Positions 59,230 through 64,000 of a DNA stretch of 64,000 nt are shown here, piece after piece. The notes under the pieces were generated by a model. It was not told the origin of the DNA, searched no databases, and saw only the letters and a program-made list of their open reading frames with translations. Every line of letters begins with the position of its first letter. The stretch's first letter is position 1. The DNA is from Nitrosopumilus sp. (lineage in GTDB: Archaea; Thermoproteota; Nitrososphaeria; Nitrososphaerales; Nitrosopumilaceae): NCBI GenBank assembly GCA_963667665.2, contig OY763927.2, positions 288,001-352,000 on the forward strand, given 5' to 3'. The translations under genes were made by a program, and so were the position numbers.

Positions 59230-60015
59230 TTGGCGATTACAATGATTGATCATCTGTGGTTAATTCCTCTGGGATTTGTTGCAGGAGTATTGGGTTCTAT
59301 GATTGGTCTTGGTGGTGGAATTATAGTAGTTCCTGTATTGACCTTTCTAGGATTTTCTCCAACAGCTGCTGCAAGTAACAGTCTTTTTGCTGCATTAAGC
59401 AATGCTATTGCATCAACCATTTCCTATTCTAGACAAAAAAGAATTGAATATTCATTAGGTCTAAAACTTGGATTACTTACAATTCCTGGAACCATTCTCG
59501 GTGCAGTTATTTCTACTGATGTATCTCCTGATATTTTTAAAATATTATTTGGTTTTGTGTTGATTGCATCTGCAGCTTACATATTTTTGAGAAAAAAAAT
59601 TGAAACAAAAGAAAAAACACTATCCACACAAATGATGGTTTTTGCGATTGGTGCTAGTTTCTTTGCAGGAATAATTTCTTCATTTTTTGGAATAGGTGGT
59701 GGGATAATCTTTGTGCCTTTGATGGTGGTTGGAATGGGGGTGGCAATGAAAAAAGCTGCTCCTACTTCTCAAATGATTTTATTATTTGCATCATTATCTG
59801 GAGTGATAGCTCATAGTATTTTGGGGCATCCTGATTTTACTCAGGCAGGATTTTTAGCAATTGGTTCTTTTCTTGGTGGATTAGTTGGTGCAAGATTATC
59901 TTTAGATATCAAAGAACGATATTTGAAAATCATAGTATCTGTTGTAATCTTGATTGCAGCTGCAAAACTGTTTTTTGATTCTATATCTGATGGTACAACC
60001 ATCTTTGGATTTTAG
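59230..60015 (+). CDS. Sulfite exporter TauE/SafE family
   Basis: Duplicated GLGGG/GIGGG..VP motifs; multiple TMs. Confidence 0.92.
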   Translation: MAITMIDHLWLIPLGFVAGVLGSMIGLGGGIIVVPVLTFLGFSPTAAASNSLFAALSNAIASTISYSRQKRIEYSLGLKLGLLTIPGTILGAVISTDVSPDIFKILFGFVLIASAAYIFLRKKIETKEKTLSTQMMVFAIGASFFAGIISSFFGIGGGIIFVPLMVVGMGVAMKKAAPTSQMILLFASLSGVIAHSILGHPDFTQAGFLAIGSFLGGLVGARLSLDIKERYLKIIVSVVILIAAAKLFFDSISDGTTIFGF

Positions 60016-60067
60016 CCTCGAATCCTTTCTTGTGTTTTTATAATAATTTTGTAATGTATGTTGTTCA

Positions 60068-60113
60068 TTAGGTCCTTGACCTAAAGGGCTGGAGAGACCA
60101 GTCGGCTCTCCGG
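60068..60113. other. GC-rich double hairpin between convergent genes
   Basis: TTAGGTC-CTT-GACCTAA and CTGGAGAG...CTCTCCGG. Confidence 0.45.
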
Positions 60114-60143
60114 TATTTTACTCACTAAAATAACCAATCTCTC

Positions 60144-60707
60144 TTAAGAATTATTTTTTAACCATTCTAAAATTTCAAAAATATGCTTGTCAGGTGGAAA
60201 CACTGGATAAAACACTTTGATAATTTTAGAATTTTTAACAATTAACGTTAATCGTTTGTATAATGTCTTGTCCTCTACATTAAACGTTGGAATGTTGAGT
60301 TTTTTTTGAAATTCTAATTTATTATCTGATACCAAGATTTGTGATAATTTTCTTAGTGAATACAATTGCTCGAGTTCATAAATTGATTGAGATGTTATTC
60401 CAATTGGTGTTGCATCATATTTTTCTAATGCCTTTTTATGTTCACTAAATGAAATATTTTGAGGAGTACATCCACGTGCTCCTGGAATATCATTCCATCC
60501 TGAAGGTAAACTTTTTTCTGGAACAGACATCATTGGGAAAAAATACAAAATACCATATTGTCGGCTAATGTTTGATAAATCCAAAAAACTATCATTTGTA
60601 GATGGTAAAATGATGTCAGGAATTTGTCGTCCTAAAAGATGATTACATACACCGTCATTATCTGGCTGAGGGAGATCATCTGGAAGTTTTATTATATCTT
60701 CGTCCAT
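60144..60707 (-). CDS. Peroxiredoxin (BCP/redoxin family)
   Basis: LP.DLP.P.ND, W..IPGARGCTPQ and KRLTL...YPVFPPD motifs. Confidence 0.88.
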   Translation of the reverse strand: MDEDIIKLPDDLPQPDNDGVCNHLLGRQIPDIILPSTNDSFLDLSNISRQYGILYFFPMMSVPEKSLPSGWNDIPGARGCTPQNISFSEHKKALEKYDATPIGITSQSIYELEQLYSLRKLSQILVSDNKLEFQKKLNIPTFNVEDKTLYKRLTLIVKNSKIIKVFYPVFPPDKHIFEILEWLKNNS

Positions 60708-60783
60708 TTACTATCTGAATATTACTCTTTTATCTATAGAATTGCAATACCAAGATTTGAACTCTAAAGACAAATCTCTATGT

Positions 60784-61410
60784 TTATATTAAAATAACTA
60801 ACATTACCAACGCCAAAAATGCCATACCCCAGTCTTCAATTAGTGTTACTTTAGTTAATGGAACTTTAAGGAATGTTCCAAGACATGAACATTGGAATTG
60901 TTCTTTCTTCAATAATTTTATTGTAACACCTATACCGCTAAAGGTCATGACAAATAATTCTACAAACAGGAGAGTGCGTGATTCTGGAATTAGTATCATA
61001 CTTAGACCAAAAAACAATTCAATAAATGGATAAATGTATCCATAGGAGAAGAATTTTTTTGCTAACAAGTCATATGTGAAATATCCTTGTGCAAATCCTT
61101 TCAAGTCAAACAACTTGAAACCCGCAAAGGTAAGGAAAAATCCTATCATGAAATAAGATAATGTTTTGTTAATTGTGAAAGTGCCTTCTCTATAATCCCC
61201 AATGGTAATTGCTATTGTTGTGAGTAGTAACAAACCAAAAACCACCAATAATGGCGTGTAATCTTTCCATGTTGTATCTTTAGTTTGTGGGGAGTCAGAT
61301 TCCGCTTTATCATTTGATGGTTTTGATTCCACAAGATCCATCCCACATTTTGAGCACCTAGCAGGTTTGTCTTCTGTTATTTCTGGATGCATTGGACATA
61401 TGTAATTCAT
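60784..61410 (-). CDS. Heavy-metal-binding domain + MauE/DoxX-like membrane protein
   Basis: YICPMHPE...CSKCGMDL; F..YDLLA, YPFIE, CSCLG and IED motifs. Confidence 0.85.
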   Translation of the reverse strand: MNYICPMHPEITEDKPARCSKCGMDLVESKPSNDKAESDSPQTKDTTWKDYTPLLVVFGLLLLTTIAITIGDYREGTFTINKTLSYFMIGFFLTFAGFKLFDLKGFAQGYFTYDLLAKKFFSYGYIYPFIELFFGLSMILIPESRTLLFVELFVMTFSGIGVTIKLLKKEQFQCSCLGTFLKVPLTKVTLIEDWGMAFLALVMLVILI

Positions 61411-61442
61411 ATATCATTATGATCTAATGACATAGTTATAGA

Positions 61443-61468
61443 CTGTAGTTTACAATTGTAAACTACAG
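61443..61468. promoter_or_regulatory. Perfect 26-bp palindrome containing a cop-box-like TACAnnTGTA
   Basis: CTGTAGTTTACAATTGTAAACTACAG, 32 nt upstream of the heavy-metal gene start. Confidence 0.6.
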
Positions 61469-61688
61469 AATTGTTGGTCATAATCCTATACAAATTGAAT
61501 CATTGGGATTTACAAAGTCAAGAATAGTTTCTCTCTATTTTGTGACGGCTTCCATCTGTATGAATACATTGATCTCCAATGTGAATTAGTCTCTTGTGAA
61601 AAGAGGCAGGACAATTATCTCCACAATTGCATAAATGGGTTTCATTCATTCTAATTTACATAAATTAAAAAAAATCGGGGCATGATCA

Positions 61689-61940
61689 TTAACTACGTCG
61701 CTCTAATTCAGTAACACGGTTTTGTAGATCTGTTATATCAGATCGGAGCAATGATGGTTTACAATCAAATCCGTTATGACCATGTGCACAGGTTTCAGAA
61801 TATCTAGGTGCAGTTGATTTTTCTGAAGGTTCGCCTGATGCATCAACAAATGCAGTGGATGCTGCAATCATGCTTACAGCAAATATAGCCACAAATCCTG
61901 CTATCAAAACTGATTTTTTATTCATTACTATACTATACAC
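61689..61940 (-). CDS. Small secreted protein
   Basis: Signal peptide; CAHGHNGFDC; C-terminal coiled coil; start probably at the second Met. Confidence 0.7.
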   Translation of the reverse strand: MYSIVMNKKSVLIAGFVAIFAVSMIAASTAFVDASGEPSEKSTAPRYSETCAHGHNGFDCKPSLLRSDITDLQNRVTELERRS

Positions 61941-61968
61941 TTGGTATTATTTATTATTTCTTAAATTA

Positions 61969-61990
61969 TAGAAATAGTATACTATTTCTA
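61969..61990. promoter_or_regulatory. Perfect 22-bp palindrome (operator candidate)
   Basis: TAGAAATAGTATACTATTTCTA between divergent genes, one of them a wHTH regulator. Confidence 0.55.
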
Positions 61991-62033
61991 GTAAAACGAT
62001 ATTTTATATCTCATTACTAGATAATGATACATA

Positions 62034-62636
62034 ATGAATTCATTAGATAGAGTTGTGGCAAAAGGTGTAAGATCTGTTTTAGAAGAAGATTTGGGTAAAG
62101 TCACGTACAAAAAAATAGAAAAACAAGTATTTGAGGTATATGGAATTACAGTGTTAGAGGCAGTAAGTGATTTTTCTAAACTAGATTTAGTTCTACGAAA
62201 GTTCTTTGGCAAACATACTACAAACATTGAATCAAAGATTTTCAAGAAAATATTATCAGTAAATAATGAAACTAAAACTGAATCAGTAATTACAATTAAA
62301 GATACTGGTGTTGCAAAAGATGTATTTGAAGCTTATGGAGATCCTGCAAAAAAGATAATCTTAGATTTATTGTTACATGAATCCAAATCAATTCCAGAAG
62401 CTATTGCAAAATCAAAACTACCAAAGGCATCCACATATAACAGAATAAAGGAACTAATTCAAGATGGATTGTTAACCATGGTTGGATTTACCAACGCAAG
62501 TGATGGTCGAAAGGTAAACGAGTATGCAACTACTTTTAACAAAACAATATTTGAAATTCAAGATGAAAATATTTTGATTAACGCAAATGTACAATCAAAA
62601 TTTCTTAAAGATAGCTTTGCATACAATTCAATTTAA
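62034..62636 (+). CDS. Winged-helix transcriptional regulator
   Basis: GDPAKKIIL...LPKASTYNRIKELIQDGLL...DGRK...Y. Confidence 0.85.
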   Translation: MNSLDRVVAKGVRSVLEEDLGKVTYKKIEKQVFEVYGITVLEAVSDFSKLDLVLRKFFGKHTTNIESKIFKKILSVNNETKTESVITIKDTGVAKDVFEAYGDPAKKIILDLLLHESKSIPEAIAKSKLPKASTYNRIKELIQDGLLTMVGFTNASDGRKVNEYATTFNKTIFEIQDENILINANVQSKFLKDSFAYNSI

Positions 62637-62651
62637 ATGTCGTAAGGTGAT

Positions 62652-63414
62652 ATGATGCTAACTTTTTCAAATGAATTAAAAAAGTCATACAAAATTCCTG
62701 TAATGATTTTTGCAGCAAGTGTTGTATTCTATATGGTAAGTATTTCAACTGAATCACTTGACTTGTCTTTGATTACTAGAATTGGCATAGTTAACCCCAC
62801 TTGCAGTATCTACTTCATGCTTTTTAATATCCAAAAACTATGGTAATTCAAAAATATTTGGAAAATCATACCTGATTTTGGGATTAGGATTTCTTGCCAC
62901 ATTTGTAGGCGAGTTGGTCTTTTTTTACTATGTTGATTTTTTGTATTTTGAGGAGTATACGGCCTTGGGAGATATTCTCATATTTTCAGGCTATCCTTTC
63001 ATGATAGCACACATAATCATCAATGTAAGATATTTTGTAGAAAAACTGGAGATTTTTCAAAAAATCATGCTTGTAATAATCCCTGGAGTAATAATTCTTG
63101 GATATTCACTTGTTCTAACAGGAATCCCTCTTGAGGATAGTAGTGATTTTTACTATTATCTACCATTTGTCTCAGCATCATCAATCGTATTGGGATTGGC
63201 AACTGTGGCATTTACTCTATTTAGACAGACTGCTTTAACTTCGGCATGGTTTGTATTGTTAATTGGAATTACAATTGGAACAATTGGAGATATTCTGTAT
63301 AATTATGCAGCAACTTTAGGAGTCTATAGTTTTGGTGACTTTTCAAACGTGTTGTGGATTGCTTCTCCTTTGATCATGATTTATGCTTTGTATAAACACC
63401 AAAAATCAATATAG
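62652..63414 (+). pseudogene. Multi-TM sensor-like membrane protein split by an extra C
   Basis: ORFs 62652..62846 and 62878..63414 join (IVN-PLAVSTSCFL...GKSYLILGLG) if one C is removed at 62795-62798. Confidence 0.7.
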
Positions 63415-63427
63415 GAATGGAAAATTG

Positions 63428-63613
63428 GTGAATAGAAAAATTTTGATGATGTTAGTCATTGCAAGCTTTGGATTGCCAATACAATTTGTAATTACTTCTG
63501 TGTATCCTGCATCTGAATTTAGTTTTGTATATGGTTTGAGTTTGGCAATATTTGGAATAATAGTTGTAATCATGATTGTGTTGTACAGTAAGGTAAGAAA
63601 GGAGATTGGATAA
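63428..63613 (+). CDS. Small two-TM membrane protein
   Basis: Two hydrophobic helices; start uncertain. Confidence 0.55.
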   Translation: MNRKILMMLVIASFGLPIQFVITSVYPASEFSFVYGLSLAIFGIIVVIMIVLYSKVRKEIG

Positions 63614-63654
63614 TGTCTATACAAGATTTGAGATGCAAATAATCGTACTATGAA

Positions 63655-63999
63655 TTAATCCATAGTTCTAACTTCAGCATCAAATTGTATATTCCATTTC
63701 TTGGACCATTTTCTAACCAAATAAATTGAAATAGCATAACTAATTACTATCATTGGAATTTGTAAAGCCCAATCGACAGGATCCATAGCAAAATTCGGAT
63801 CATAGTTGGCGTTAAAAAACCAAGATTCAGATGTTATTATCATTGAATATGCTGTACCTGCAATCCCCGCAACACCAACATACATTATTAGCAAGTATTT
63901 CCGTAGATGTTTTATTTTATATAATGCAATCAGATCCAATACAGGAAATAGAACATAAATTGTTTGTCGAGTTAAACTCACTTTTCCTTTTGCAGGCAT
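63655..63999 (-). CDS. Hypothetical membrane protein
   Basis: Hydrophobic helices; W.KKWN C-terminal motif. Confidence 0.7.
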   Translation of the reverse strand: MPAKGKVSLTRQTIYVLFPVLDLIALYKIKHLRKYLLIMYVGVAGIAGTAYSMIITSESWFFNANYDPNFAMDPVDWALQIPMIVISYAISIYLVRKWSKKWNIQFDAEVRTMD

Positions 64000-64000
64000 G

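Noticed and set aside
5801-62245. Numerous antisense or nested ORFs in the track (e.g. 5801..6061, 8597..8971, 27163..27498, 47695..48231, 51133..51513, 61988..62245)
   Set aside because: They overlap well-supported genes on the other strand or frame and lack recognisable motifs.

Overview
AT-rich archaeal DNA whose gene content points to a marine ammonia-oxidising archaeon (Nitrosopumilaceae, Nitrososphaerota): CdvC/Vps4 with an ESCRT-III paralog, a CFI-box-CTERM protein, roadblock-like DUF6659 proteins and many Zn-ribbon microproteins. About 1.5-43 kb is mostly core genes: gltA, cdvC, carAB, atpF, ilvBN-leuA-leuB, aspS, DNA glycosylases, tldD, a two-component set, PINA and a DtxR-type regulator. 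About 45.4-56.4 kb is a candidate defence island ending in a tyrosine recombinase. It carries (i) a J-domain protein lacking HPD, a divergent Hsp70 fused to an HExxH zincin domain, and a 2H phosphoesterase; (ii) HNH, MazG-like and RNase HIII-like (PIP box) genes; (iii) a WD40-Roc-COR GTPase followed by a TIR gene one frame away. A motif ATGTGATTAATTG(G/A)GCT recurs at three module boundaries. Also present: a decayed accessory patch at 57.8-59.2 kb, two perfect palindromes near a putative copper gene, a candidate structured RNA, several unannotated Cys-rich microproteins and several single-base frameshifts. No rRNA, tRNA or CRISPR array was found. All family assignments come from motif recognition by eye, not database searches.
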